64,000 bases of DNA from an uncultured bacterium (lineage in GTDB: Bacteria > Krumholzibacteriota > Krumholzibacteriia > Krumholzibacteriales > Krumholzibacteriaceae): the NCBI GenBank assembly GCA_963786935.1, contig CAWBAN010000003.1, positions 32,001 to 96,000 of the forward strand. The letters run 5' to 3'. The notes under the pieces are model-generated. The model did not search any database, had not been told where the DNA came from, and worked only from the letters and a program-made list of their open reading frames with translations. Positions within the stretch are counted from its first letter, which is position 1, and every line of letters starts with the position of its first letter. Of the stretch, positions 11,801 to 20,014 are shown piece after piece. The position numbers and the translations under genes are program-made.

Positions 11801-12119
11801 CCGTGAAGGTGAGACGCTTCGGCGTGCCGCCGTCGGCCGGCATGAGGTAGACCTCGGTGTTTCCGTCGTACTGGCCGGTGAAGGCGATTTCCTTGCCGTC
11901 GGGCGAAAAACGCGCGAACAGCTCGTAGCCCTCGTCGCTCGTCAAACGGCGCGCGACCCCGCCCGACGCGGAGACGGAGTAGAGGTCTCCCGCGTAGCTG
12001 AAGACGATGTTGTCGCCGTGAATCGCCGGGAAGCGGAGCAGCCCGGTTTCCTCCGCGCGCGGCGCGGTGACGGCGACGAAGAGCAACCCCACGAGAATCA
12101 AGGCGCGAAAACGCATCAT
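8838..12119 (-). CDS. Tricorn protease (S41) with signal peptide
   Basis: LLRFPAIHGDNIVFSYAGDL, PD40-like propeller repeats, WKRYRGG, PDZ domain, DVRGNGGG, SASDGD, GKRSWGGVVG. Confidence 0.95.
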   Translation of the reverse strand: MMRFRALILVGLLFVAVTAPRAEETGLLRFPAIHGDNIVFSYAGDLYSVSASGGVARRLTSDEGYELFARFSPDGKEIAFTGQYDGNTEVYLMPADGGTPKRLTFTATLGRDDVSDRMGPNNIVMAWRDGNTIVYRSRMHEANDFKGMLFAIPREGGDSEQLPLPRGGFCSFSADGKTMVYNRVFREFRTWKRYRGGQADDVWLYDFAAKTTTNLTNNPAQDIIPMLRGGTVYFASDREESGRINLYALDIATKQTRKLTDFTEYDVKFPSIGDNAIVFENGGYLHVLDLATEKVRRVPITIREDFAIGRGGLRDVSGEITNFEIAPDGSRALFGARGDVFTVPAKHGNTRNLTKTPGVHERNSKWSPDGKWIACVSDASGEDELWLVPQDGRGESIRLTSGGDNYKYQPLWSPDSKKLLWSDRKQRLQYVDVGSKSVTVVAEAAAFEMRDYAWSPDSRWIAYAKPEDRRMTTIQLYSLDSKKTIEVTDGWFTSFGPAFSPDGKYLFFVSDRSFSPLYGQTEWNHIYLDMARIYLVTLSKSVPSPFAPKSDEVSAGGAPDNEAKGKDAKAKEEKKEDQKEQKPITVDADGIQSRIAVIPTAASTYRSVSCVGDNVYYIRGGRRDPKTLLLLYDLEKQKETELGEVNGYEISADGKKMLVEQGGSYSIIDLPTGKIDTSEKLNVSDMRVILDRTAEWKQIFNECWRQMRDFVYDPSLHGVDWKLMRTRYGALLPFVNHRADLTYLIGEMIGELNIGHAYVGGGDYPKADRVQQGLLGAKLSRDASTKCYRIDEILKGQNWDASLRSPLTEIGVDVKQGEYIVAVNGVSTAGMRDISEALWNTAGKQVTLSVNAAPKESGARTVVVVPIADERELYYFNWVQRNLEKVDKAAGGRVGYVHIPDMGADGLNQFVKYYYPQIRKDALIVDVRGNGGGNVSSQIIERLRREVAMIDIARNTSYAPDPDGTIVGPKVMLLDEFSASDGDIVAYRFKKYGIGPVIGKRSWGGVVGIRGSLPLLDGGYLNKPEFSRYDAEGKEWIMEGKGVEPDIYVDNDPVREFAGEDQQLDKAIEVVLGLLKANPPAVPPPPPYPNKSR

Positions 12120-12325
12120 GGCCGAGTCCCTTCTGTTGAGGCGAAAAACCTGCGGCAGGCGCACCGATTACATGCGCCGCATGGTATCGCCTTTTCGCCT
12201 CCTCGTCAAGGCCGGCCCCGCGCTTCGCGGGGGCGCGCGGGGGGCGCGCCGGCCCCGCGGGCCGATTTTTTGCGTATCGTACCCGGCTCGATTCGTATAT
12301 ACTGGCTGCTCGTTCAGGGGGGATT

Positions 12326-13531
12326 ATGGAGCGAGATCTTTCTCAACTCAAAATAGATCCGGACCGGCGCGAGCGCGCGGGCCCCGGCCGGCGCATCCTC
12401 GCGATCTCGCTGATCGCCGTCGCGCTGGTGGTCGTCGTCGTGATCGCCGTCGCCCTCTCGCGGCGCGCTCCCGCCGTAGAAACGGCCGTCGCGCGCGAAG
12501 CGGGCGGGGCGCAGGCGGCCGTCCTCAACGCGAGCGGATACGTCACGCCGCGCCGTCGGGCGACCGTGTCGGCCAAGGTCACCGGAAAGATCAGGGAAGT
12601 CTACATCGACGAGGGGATGCGCGTCGCCGCGGGGCAGGTGCTCGCGCGGCTCGACGACGTCGACGCCGTCGCGGCGCTCCGCGCGGCCGAGGCGGAGAAG
12701 GCGGTCGCCGCCGCGACCCTCGAGGAGCTGCGCGTCCGGCTCGCGAACGCCCGGCGCGCCCATGAACGGAACAAGGATCTCCGCGCGCGCGAGCTCGTGA
12801 GCCAGGAGTCGCTCGATAACGCCGAGACGGCCGTGGCGAGCTTCGAGGCGCAGATCGCGCTCGCGAACGAGCGGATCAACGCCGCGGAGCGCTCGGTCGG
12901 GATCGCCCGCCAGAACGTCGACAACTGCGTCATCCGGGCCCCGTTCGCCGGCGTCGTCGTCTCGAAAGACGCCCAGCCGGGGGAGATGGTCTCTCCGATT
13001 TCGGCGGGAGGCGGATACACCCGCACGGGGATCGCCACCGTCGTCGATATGGCGTCGCTCGAGATTGAGGTCGACGTCAATGAATCGTACATCGCGCGCG
13101 TCGCTCCCGGCCAGAGGGTGGAGGCGACGCTCGACGCGTATCCAGACTGGCGCATACCGGCGGCGGTCAGGACCGTGATTCCCACGGCCGACCGTCAGAA
13201 GGCCACCGTCAAGGTCCGCATCTCGTTCGACGAGCTCGACAGGCGCATTCTTCCGGACATGGGGGTCAAGGTGTCCTTCCTCGAGGAGCGGGCGGATTCG
13301 GCGGCCGCCGCTTCCGTGCTCGTGCCGCTCGATGCGGTGCGCGCGGAGGGGGACGCGCGCTACGCGTTCGTGGTGAAGGACGGCCGGGTCGAGCGGCGGG
13401 CGGTGGGGACGGGGCGCGAGCGCGGCGCGGACATCGAGATCGTCGCGGGGCTTCGCCGCGGCGAGACGGTCGTCGTCCGCTCCCCGGGCGAGCTCCGCGA
13501 CGGCGCGCGGGTTTCGTTGAAAGAGAAATAA
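12326..13531 (+). CDS. Membrane fusion (periplasmic adaptor) protein, MacA/HlyD-like
   Basis: N-terminal TM, LNASGYV, IRAPFAGVV, coiled coil, PDMGVKVSF. Confidence 0.92.
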   Translation: MERDLSQLKIDPDRRERAGPGRRILAISLIAVALVVVVVIAVALSRRAPAVETAVAREAGGAQAAVLNASGYVTPRRRATVSAKVTGKIREVYIDEGMRVAAGQVLARLDDVDAVAALRAAEAEKAVAAATLEELRVRLANARRAHERNKDLRARELVSQESLDNAETAVASFEAQIALANERINAAERSVGIARQNVDNCVIRAPFAGVVVSKDAQPGEMVSPISAGGGYTRTGIATVVDMASLEIEVDVNESYIARVAPGQRVEATLDAYPDWRIPAAVRTVIPTADRQKATVKVRISFDELDRRILPDMGVKVSFLEERADSAAAASVLVPLDAVRAEGDARYAFVVKDGRVERRAVGTGRERGADIEIVAGLRRGETVVVRSPGELRDGARVSLKEK

Positions 13532-13549
13532 TCGACCAAAGGAGTTCGC

Positions 13550-14296
13550 ATGGTTCGCGTGGACGGCAAAGGGAGCGGAGCCCTCGTCGAGATCAGAAAC
13601 CTCGACAAGAAATATCATCGCGGCGGCGAGGAGATCGACGTGCTCCGGGGCCTCAATCTCGACGTCGACACGGGCGAGTTCATCGCGTTCATGGGCCCGT
13701 CCGGCTCGGGGAAGACGACGCTCCTCAACCTCATCGGCGGGCTCGACACGCCGACGAGCGGCGCCGTGCGCATCGGCGGGGAGGAGATCAGCAGGCTTTC
13801 GGGGCGGAAGCTCGCCGCGTGGCGCGCGCGCCACATCGGCTTCATCTTCCAGATGTACAACCTCATCCCCGTGCTCACGGCGTTCCAGAACGTGCAGCTG
13901 CCGCTTTTGCTGACGAATCTCTCCAAGGCCGAGCGCCGGAAGCACGTCGAGGCGGCGCTCGATCTCGTCGGCCTCGCGGACCGCGTGCACCACTATCCCC
14001 GGCAGCTCTCGGGCGGGCAGGAGCAGCGGGTCGCGATCGCCCGCGCGATCGTCGCCGATCCGACGATCCTCCTCTGCGACGAGCCGACGGGCGATCTGGA
14101 CCGCGCCGCCGGCGACGAGATTCTCGACATCATCAGCCGCCTCTCGAAGGAATATAATAAGACGATCTTTCTCGTGACGCACGATCCGGTCGCGGCGAAA
14201 CGGGCCGGCACGCTCCTCCACCTCGACAAGGGAACGCTTCTCGAATGCACGGCCGACGGAACGTTCGCGTGCAAGCCGGAGGAGAGCGGGAAATGA
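13550..14296 (+). CDS. ABC exporter ATPase, LolD/MacB-like
   Basis: GPSGSGKTT, LSGGQEQR, LCDEPTGDLD, VTHD. Confidence 0.93.
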   Translation: MVRVDGKGSGALVEIRNLDKKYHRGGEEIDVLRGLNLDVDTGEFIAFMGPSGSGKTTLLNLIGGLDTPTSGAVRIGGEEISRLSGRKLAAWRARHIGFIFQMYNLIPVLTAFQNVQLPLLLTNLSKAERRKHVEAALDLVGLADRVHHYPRQLSGGQEQRVAIARAIVADPTILLCDEPTGDLDRAAGDEILDIISRLSKEYNKTIFLVTHDPVAAKRAGTLLHLDKGTLLECTADGTFACKPEESGK

Positions 14297-15432
14297 AGTT
14301 CCTCCATCTCGTCTTCCTCAATCTCCGCCGCAAGAAGACGCGGACGGCGCTCACGCTCGGTTCCTTCCTCGTCGCCCTCTTTCTCTTCGGCCTTCTCATG
14401 ACGATCAAGACGGCGCTCGGTTCGGGCGTCAGCGTCGCGGGGGCGAACCGGCTCGTCGTGCGGAACCGGGTATCCCTCATCCAGCCGCTGCCGCTCTCCT
14501 ACCGCGAACAGATGCTCCGCATGCCGCACATCAAGGAGGCGACGTTCGCGACGTGGTTCGGCGGGTACTATCAGGATATGAAAAACTTCTTCCCGAACTA
14601 CGCGATCGACGTCGGGACCTATCTCGACGTTTATCCCGAATACAAGATCGACGAGGAGGATTGGCGCGCCTTCGCGGCCGACCGCGAGGGATGCGTCATC
14701 AGCCCGCCGCTCGCGAAGAAGTTCGGCTGGAAGGTCGGGGACCGCATCCCGCTCGAGGCGTCGATCTGGGGAGGGACCTGGGAGTTCAACGTCCGCGCCA
14801 TCTACGACAGCGACGTCAAGGAGTTCATCACCCCCGAGATGTGGCTGCATTGGGACTATCTCGACGAGCGGCGCGAGTTCTTCAAGGGCTTCGTCGGCTG
14901 GTACATCCTGACGATCGACGATCCGGCGAACGCCGTCGGGGTGGCGGCGGCGATCGACGAGCGCTTCGCGAATTCGCCGTTCGAATCGAAGACCGAAACG
15001 GAGAAGGCGTTCGCCGCCGGATTCGCGAACCAGATCGGCAACATCCGGCTCCTCATCCTTTCGATCGGATCGGTCGTGTTCTTCACGCTTCTGCTCGTCA
15101 CCGGCAACACGATGGCGAGCGCCGTGCGGGAGCGCACGGGGGAGCTCGGCGTCCTCAAGACGATCGGCATGAGCGATCCGACGGTGCTCTTTCTCGTGAT
15201 GGCCGAATCGATCGTCGTCGCGGCGGTCGGGGGAGGGGCGGGGCTCGCGCTCGCGAAACTCTACACGCTCGGGGGCGATCCGACGGGGGGCATGCTCCCG
15301 AACTTCTTCCTCGCCGGCCGCTCGATCGCGCTCGGGTTCGCGATCGCCCTCGCGGCGGGGGCCGCGGCCGGGATCCTTCCCGCCGTCGGCGCTATGCGGC
15401 TCAAGATCGTCGACGCCCTGAGGAGGGTGTGA
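14293..15432 (+). CDS. ABC exporter permease, MacB/FtsX-like
   Basis: NLRRKKTRTALT, NTMASAVRERTGELGVLKTIG. Confidence 0.9.
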   Translation: MKFLHLVFLNLRRKKTRTALTLGSFLVALFLFGLLMTIKTALGSGVSVAGANRLVVRNRVSLIQPLPLSYREQMLRMPHIKEATFATWFGGYYQDMKNFFPNYAIDVGTYLDVYPEYKIDEEDWRAFAADREGCVISPPLAKKFGWKVGDRIPLEASIWGGTWEFNVRAIYDSDVKEFITPEMWLHWDYLDERREFFKGFVGWYILTIDDPANAVGVAAAIDERFANSPFESKTETEKAFAAGFANQIGNIRLLILSIGSVVFFTLLLVTGNTMASAVRERTGELGVLKTIGMSDPTVLFLVMAESIVVAAVGGGAGLALAKLYTLGGDPTGGMLPNFFLAGRSIALGFAIALAAGAAAGILPAVGAMRLKIVDALRRV

Positions 15433-15434
15433 GA

Positions 15435-16607
15435 ATGGCGATTCCGATCGCGTACAACGTCCGGAGCGTCTTCATCCGCTGGCCGTCGACGCTCGTCGCC
15501 GTGCTCGGCATCGCGGGGACCGTCGCCGTGTTCGTCGTGATGCTCGCGATGGCCCAGGGATTCCAGGCGATGCTCGTCGGAGGCGGATCGCGGGACAACG
15601 CCATCGCGCTCCGCGGCGGCGCGGACAGCGAGATGATGAGCGCCATCACCCTCGACCAGGTGCGCGTTCTCGCCGACGCCCCCGGCGTCGCGCGTTCCGC
15701 CTCGGGCGAGCCGCTTGTGAGCGCGGAGGTCGTGGTCGTCGGCGCGTTCCCGCTGCTGGCGACCGGCTCGGACGCCAACGCGCAGATTCGAGGCCTTTCG
15801 CCCGTCGTCCTCGAGGTGCGGCCGAACGTCCGCGTCGTCGAAGGGCGCTTCTTCGAACCGGGGCTCACCGAGCTCGTCATCGGGCGGAACGTGCCGGGCA
15901 CGTACCGGGGATTCACGCTCGGCTCAACGGTCGATTTCGGCGGGGGGCGCTGGACCGTCGTCGGCGTTTTCGACGCCGGCGGGAGCTCGTACGACTCGGA
16001 AATCTGGTGCGACGCGGTCGTGCTCAACCAGGTGTTCAAGCGGCCCGAGAACATCTTCCAGTCGGTGACGGCGCGCCTGCAGTCGGTCGAGAGCTTCCGG
16101 GCCTTCAAGGACGCGGCGACGTCCGATCCGCGTCTCACGGTGGACGTCTTCCGCGAAACGGCGTTCTACGCGGAGCAGTCACGGATGGTCTCGACGATCA
16201 TCAGGGTGCTCGGCTTCATCGTCGCGATGGTGATGGCGGTCGGGGCGATCTTCGCGGCGCTCAATACCATGTACTCCGCGGTCGCGTCGCGCTCGGCGGA
16301 GATCGCCACGCTCAAGGCCCTCGGTTTCAGCCCCGCGAGCGTCGTCGTTTCCTTCGTCGCCGAATCGGTCGTCATCGCGCTCGCCGGCGGCGCCGTGGGC
16401 GTGCTCGCCGCGCTTCCGTTCAACGGCTTCACGACCGGCACGATGAACTGGTCGAGCTTCTCCTATCTCGCCTTCTCATTCCGCGTGACCCCGGCGCTCG
16501 TCGCGAGCGGGCTCGTGTTCGCCCTCGTCATGGGGATCGTGGGAGGGCTTCCGCCCGCGGTGCGCGCGGCGCGTCTTCCCATCATCGTGGCGCTCCGGGA
16601 GCTCTGA
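15435..16607 (+). CDS. ABC exporter permease, MacB/FtsX-like
   Basis: MAIPIAYNVRS..., NTMYSAVASRSAEIATLKALGF, PAVRAAR. Confidence 0.9.
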   Translation: MAIPIAYNVRSVFIRWPSTLVAVLGIAGTVAVFVVMLAMAQGFQAMLVGGGSRDNAIALRGGADSEMMSAITLDQVRVLADAPGVARSASGEPLVSAEVVVVGAFPLLATGSDANAQIRGLSPVVLEVRPNVRVVEGRFFEPGLTELVIGRNVPGTYRGFTLGSTVDFGGGRWTVVGVFDAGGSSYDSEIWCDAVVLNQVFKRPENIFQSVTARLQSVESFRAFKDAATSDPRLTVDVFRETAFYAEQSRMVSTIIRVLGFIVAMVMAVGAIFAALNTMYSAVASRSAEIATLKALGFSPASVVVSFVAESVVIALAGGAVGVLAALPFNGFTTGTMNWSSFSYLAFSFRVTPALVASGLVFALVMGIVGGLPPAVRAARLPIIVALREL

Positions 16608-16609
16608 GA

Positions 16610-18814
16610 TCAGAAGTAAAAGAGGTACTTCAGCTTGAGCACGGCGGCCCGCTCCGCGAGATGGAGCGTGTTGGGCAGGAGCGTTCCGCCCGGGCCGAAT
16701 TCGTCGCTCCGGTCGCGAACCTCGTTCACCGCGAAGTAGATCCAGCTCTTCGGCCTGAAGTTGTAGGAGAAGAGGAGCCCCCCGATCAGCTGCTGCACGT
16801 CGCCGGTCGAGCGCACGTACACGTTGTCGAGATACGCGCGCACGTTCAGGTTGTTCACGGGGGTCAGCGACACGTAGGGACGCGAGTTGAACGTGACGTC
16901 TTCGATCCGGTCGTCGGGATTCCACTCGACAAACGCGCCGACCGAGGTGCCGATCTCGAGCTCGTCGAGCATCCGCCATTCGATCTCCCCTTCGGTCCAC
17001 GAGAAATAGGCGAGGTAGTCGCGCGCGAAGTTATACGTTCGCGCGAAGGCGCCGGAGAGCGACGCGTCCCATTTCGGGGAGACGTTGAACCAGGTCGAGA
17101 GGTCCGCTTCCCAGGCGTCGTACTCCACGCCCGCGTCCTTGCTGCGGCCGCCCGAAACGCTCAGCTCGTAGCCCCAGTTGCCGCGGAACTGCATGTTGAC
17201 GCCGATCGTGCCGTTGAGATCGACGAAGTCGTCGACCTTCTCCCAGTAGGTCATCCCGCCCGTGTAGATCAGAATGTCGCGCACGGCGCCCTGCTCGAAA
17301 TACCACCGCGGCCCGCCGATCGCGGTGAATTCCGCCGTGCCCCGCCACGGGACGTAGCCTACTTGACTGACGTCGAAATCCTCCCCGATGTACTTGTCCC
17401 GCACGGCGAGCAGCCATTTCTGCCTGATGATCTTGAGGCTCGAGGAATGGGCGAAGTCGCCGCTCGATCCCCGGTACGAGCGGGCGAACTGATACGAGAG
17501 CTGCCAGTCCGCGCCGCGAAACGCCCCGTCGAGGTCGACGACGCCGGTGTTTTCGTGCTCGTCGAATTTCCCGACGTAGAGGAGCCCTGCGGACGAGTTT
17601 TCGAAGACCTGCCGCTTCAGCCGCGCCGAGCCGAAAAGGGCCGCGGCCTCCGTGAGATTCCGTCCGTCGACGACATAGTCCGTCTCGTCCGTCGCCGCGA
17701 CGAATCCGCCGTATTCGTACTCGCCGAGGCGGCCGAAGGCCCTCGTGCCGAGGAGGAGGGGCACCTCTTGGCCGTCGGGCAGCTTCTTCCCGATTCTCCG
17801 CGAATAGAAGAGCTCGAGCGGCTGATAGAATCCCGAGCCCTGCTCCTCGCCCGACGGCGTGAACACCTCGCTCCCCTCGGTGAAGAAGGGCCGGCGCTCC
17901 TCGAAGCGCGACTCGTAGCGGCTGATGTTGAAATCGAACGGATCGGCCTCGATCTGCGCGAAGTCGGGATTCGCGGTCAACTGGAAGGTGAGCCGCTGCG
18001 ACGGATTGTAAAAGACGTCGACGCCGGCGTGCGGGGAGAGATCGTATTCCGAATCCTCCGAATCGCCGGTGTATTCGGCCTTCGCGATGCCGACGGGATA
18101 GATCTCGAGATTGAGCCCTTTGACGGACGGATAGAAATCGCCGAACGCGAGCCGCCCGAATTTCGAGATCCGCTGCCCCTCGTTTTCCTCGTACGCGTTC
18201 CAGTAGATATCCTCGTTGCGCGCGGGATTCCACCGGTCGAAATCGAGCCCCCACGACGCGAGCCCGTCGTGATACTGGATCGACCGGTAGGGGATCTCCA
18301 TCTCCACGACGAATCCCCAGTCGTAGATCCGCGCCGCGGAGAACCAGACGCCGTCCCACGCGTAGTCCCGGTTCCGCGCGTCGTCGAGCAGGCGGCAGTC
18401 GGCGCGCACGCCGGACGCGGTGACGGCGAATTTGTACGCGGTGCGCTTGTCGTCGAAGGTGTCGATCATGAGGGAGACGATATCGCCCCCCATCTGATCG
18501 AGCATTCCCTTCGTGCGCTGGATGTTCTTCCGCTCGTCATAGCAGAGCATGATGCAGTAGAGCGCCCGGTCGGTCGAGAGGAGCTTCGCCACGGTCCTGA
18601 CCGAGGGATCTTTACCGTGATACGGCTCGAACTGCACGAAATCGGCAGCCGAGTCGGCCCGGCCCCAGGCGTCGTCGATCGCGCCGTCCACGACGACGGG
18701 GGATTCGACCTTCACGAGCGCGAGCGTCTTCCCGGCCTGGGCGAAAACGATCGAGGGGGCGGCGCAGAGTATGCAGATAGCCGACGCGAGGAGCAGGTGC
18801 TTCCGTATTCTCAT
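16610..18814 (-). CDS. CBM9-like plus DUF5916 outer-membrane protein
   Basis: Signal peptide, VDGAIDDAW, TANPDFAQIEAD, EERRPFFTEG, LFYSRRIG, C-terminal LKLKYLFYF. Confidence 0.85.
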   Translation of the reverse strand: MRIRKHLLLASAICILCAAPSIVFAQAGKTLALVKVESPVVVDGAIDDAWGRADSAADFVQFEPYHGKDPSVRTVAKLLSTDRALYCIMLCYDERKNIQRTKGMLDQMGGDIVSLMIDTFDDKRTAYKFAVTASGVRADCRLLDDARNRDYAWDGVWFSAARIYDWGFVVEMEIPYRSIQYHDGLASWGLDFDRWNPARNEDIYWNAYEENEGQRISKFGRLAFGDFYPSVKGLNLEIYPVGIAKAEYTGDSEDSEYDLSPHAGVDVFYNPSQRLTFQLTANPDFAQIEADPFDFNISRYESRFEERRPFFTEGSEVFTPSGEEQGSGFYQPLELFYSRRIGKKLPDGQEVPLLLGTRAFGRLGEYEYGGFVAATDETDYVVDGRNLTEAAALFGSARLKRQVFENSSAGLLYVGKFDEHENTGVVDLDGAFRGADWQLSYQFARSYRGSSGDFAHSSSLKIIRQKWLLAVRDKYIGEDFDVSQVGYVPWRGTAEFTAIGGPRWYFEQGAVRDILIYTGGMTYWEKVDDFVDLNGTIGVNMQFRGNWGYELSVSGGRSKDAGVEYDAWEADLSTWFNVSPKWDASLSGAFARTYNFARDYLAYFSWTEGEIEWRMLDELEIGTSVGAFVEWNPDDRIEDVTFNSRPYVSLTPVNNLNVRAYLDNVYVRSTGDVQQLIGGLLFSYNFRPKSWIYFAVNEVRDRSDEFGPGGTLLPNTLHLAERAAVLKLKYLFYF

Positions 18815-19053
18815 GCGTTCTCTCCAGAGCCTTTCCGGCGACGGTAATACAAAAAGGGCCCGTGCGGGCTCCGCATATATTACGTCAAGGGCGCTTATAA
18901 GTTCCACGGCAAACAATGAGACCGTTGTTGCGCTTTTCGCGGCAATTCGTATTATTCGGGGACGCCCCGGACGCCGCGGGGCCTGGACCGGGGAGTCGCG
19001 GGGCCTGGATCGGGAAATTTCGGGGCCGCGCCCGGGAGCGTGAGAGGAGATCG

Positions 19054-19749
19054 ATGGCCGCGTTCATCGCTTCGTTTCTGTTCGTCGTCCTCGCGGAGAT
19101 GGGGGACAAGACCCAGCTCCTCGCGATGGCCTTCGCCGCGCGCTACCGTCCCCACAAGGTCCTGATAGCGGTCTTCCTCGCCACGCTCGCGAATCACTCC
19201 CTCGCGGTCATCGTGGGTCACTTCCTCACCGTCGTCGTTCCGATGGATATCATATCCTTCGTCGCGGCGGTGTCGTTCATCGTATTCGGGCTCTGGACCA
19301 TCCGCGGGGACGCGCTGCACGGGGAAGAAAAGCGGGAGAGCCGGTTCGGCCCGATCGCGACGGTCGCGGTCGCGTTCTTCCTCGCCGAGATGGGGGACAA
19401 GACCCAGCTCGCCACGATAAGCCTCGCGGTGGAATACCGGAATATGTTCAACGTGCTGATGGGCACGACGCTCGGCATGGTGGTGGCCGACTCGGTCGGG
19501 ATCGTCGTCGGCATCGTGCTGTGCAGGCGCATTCCGGAGCGGATCATCAAGTGGATCTCGGCGGGCGTGTTCGCCCTTTTCGGTTTTCTCGGGGTGCACG
19601 GAATTCTCTCGCCGCGTATCGGCGCGCTGCGCACCGCTCTCGTGCTGTGCGCGATGGGGCTCTGCACGGCGGTCGCGGCGTTTCTCGTCTCGCGAAGGGC
19701 GCGGAAGCCGGCCGAGCGGCCGGAATGCCCGCGGCAATCGCCCCGATAA
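19054..19749 (+). CDS. TMEM165/GDT1 (UPF0016) Mn2+/Ca2+ transporter
   Basis: Two LAEMGDKTQL motifs. Confidence 0.93.
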   Translation: MAAFIASFLFVVLAEMGDKTQLLAMAFAARYRPHKVLIAVFLATLANHSLAVIVGHFLTVVVPMDIISFVAAVSFIVFGLWTIRGDALHGEEKRESRFGPIATVAVAFFLAEMGDKTQLATISLAVEYRNMFNVLMGTTLGMVVADSVGIVVGIVLCRRIPERIIKWISAGVFALFGFLGVHGILSPRIGALRTALVLCAMGLCTAVAAFLVSRRARKPAERPECPRQSPR

Positions 19750-20014
19750 TCAAATAGCCGACCTCGACTCCAGCGATCGCACGTGCCGGAGGGGCGTCGG
19801 CTATTTTTTGCCCCCATCCAGTGGGCATTGCTACAAGCACCATTATTATAATCAAAATTAATTATAATTCAATAGTAATTATGAAGAAATGAAGTTAATT
19901 CATATCTCAATAATTAAGCTATGTTTTGTTGTCGGTCTGTTGGCAGGCTTTCGATGCGCCCGGAAAGATCGCCAGGCCGCGCGATCCTCCCGAGCGCATA
20001 ACTTCAAGTTGGGC

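Noticed and set aside
18900..19053. yybP-ykoY manganese riboswitch upstream of the TMEM165 gene
   Set aside because: GGGGAGTCGC and GAGACC occur, but in the wrong order and without the expected helices. The region is better described as a short CGCGGGGCCTGGA direct repeat.
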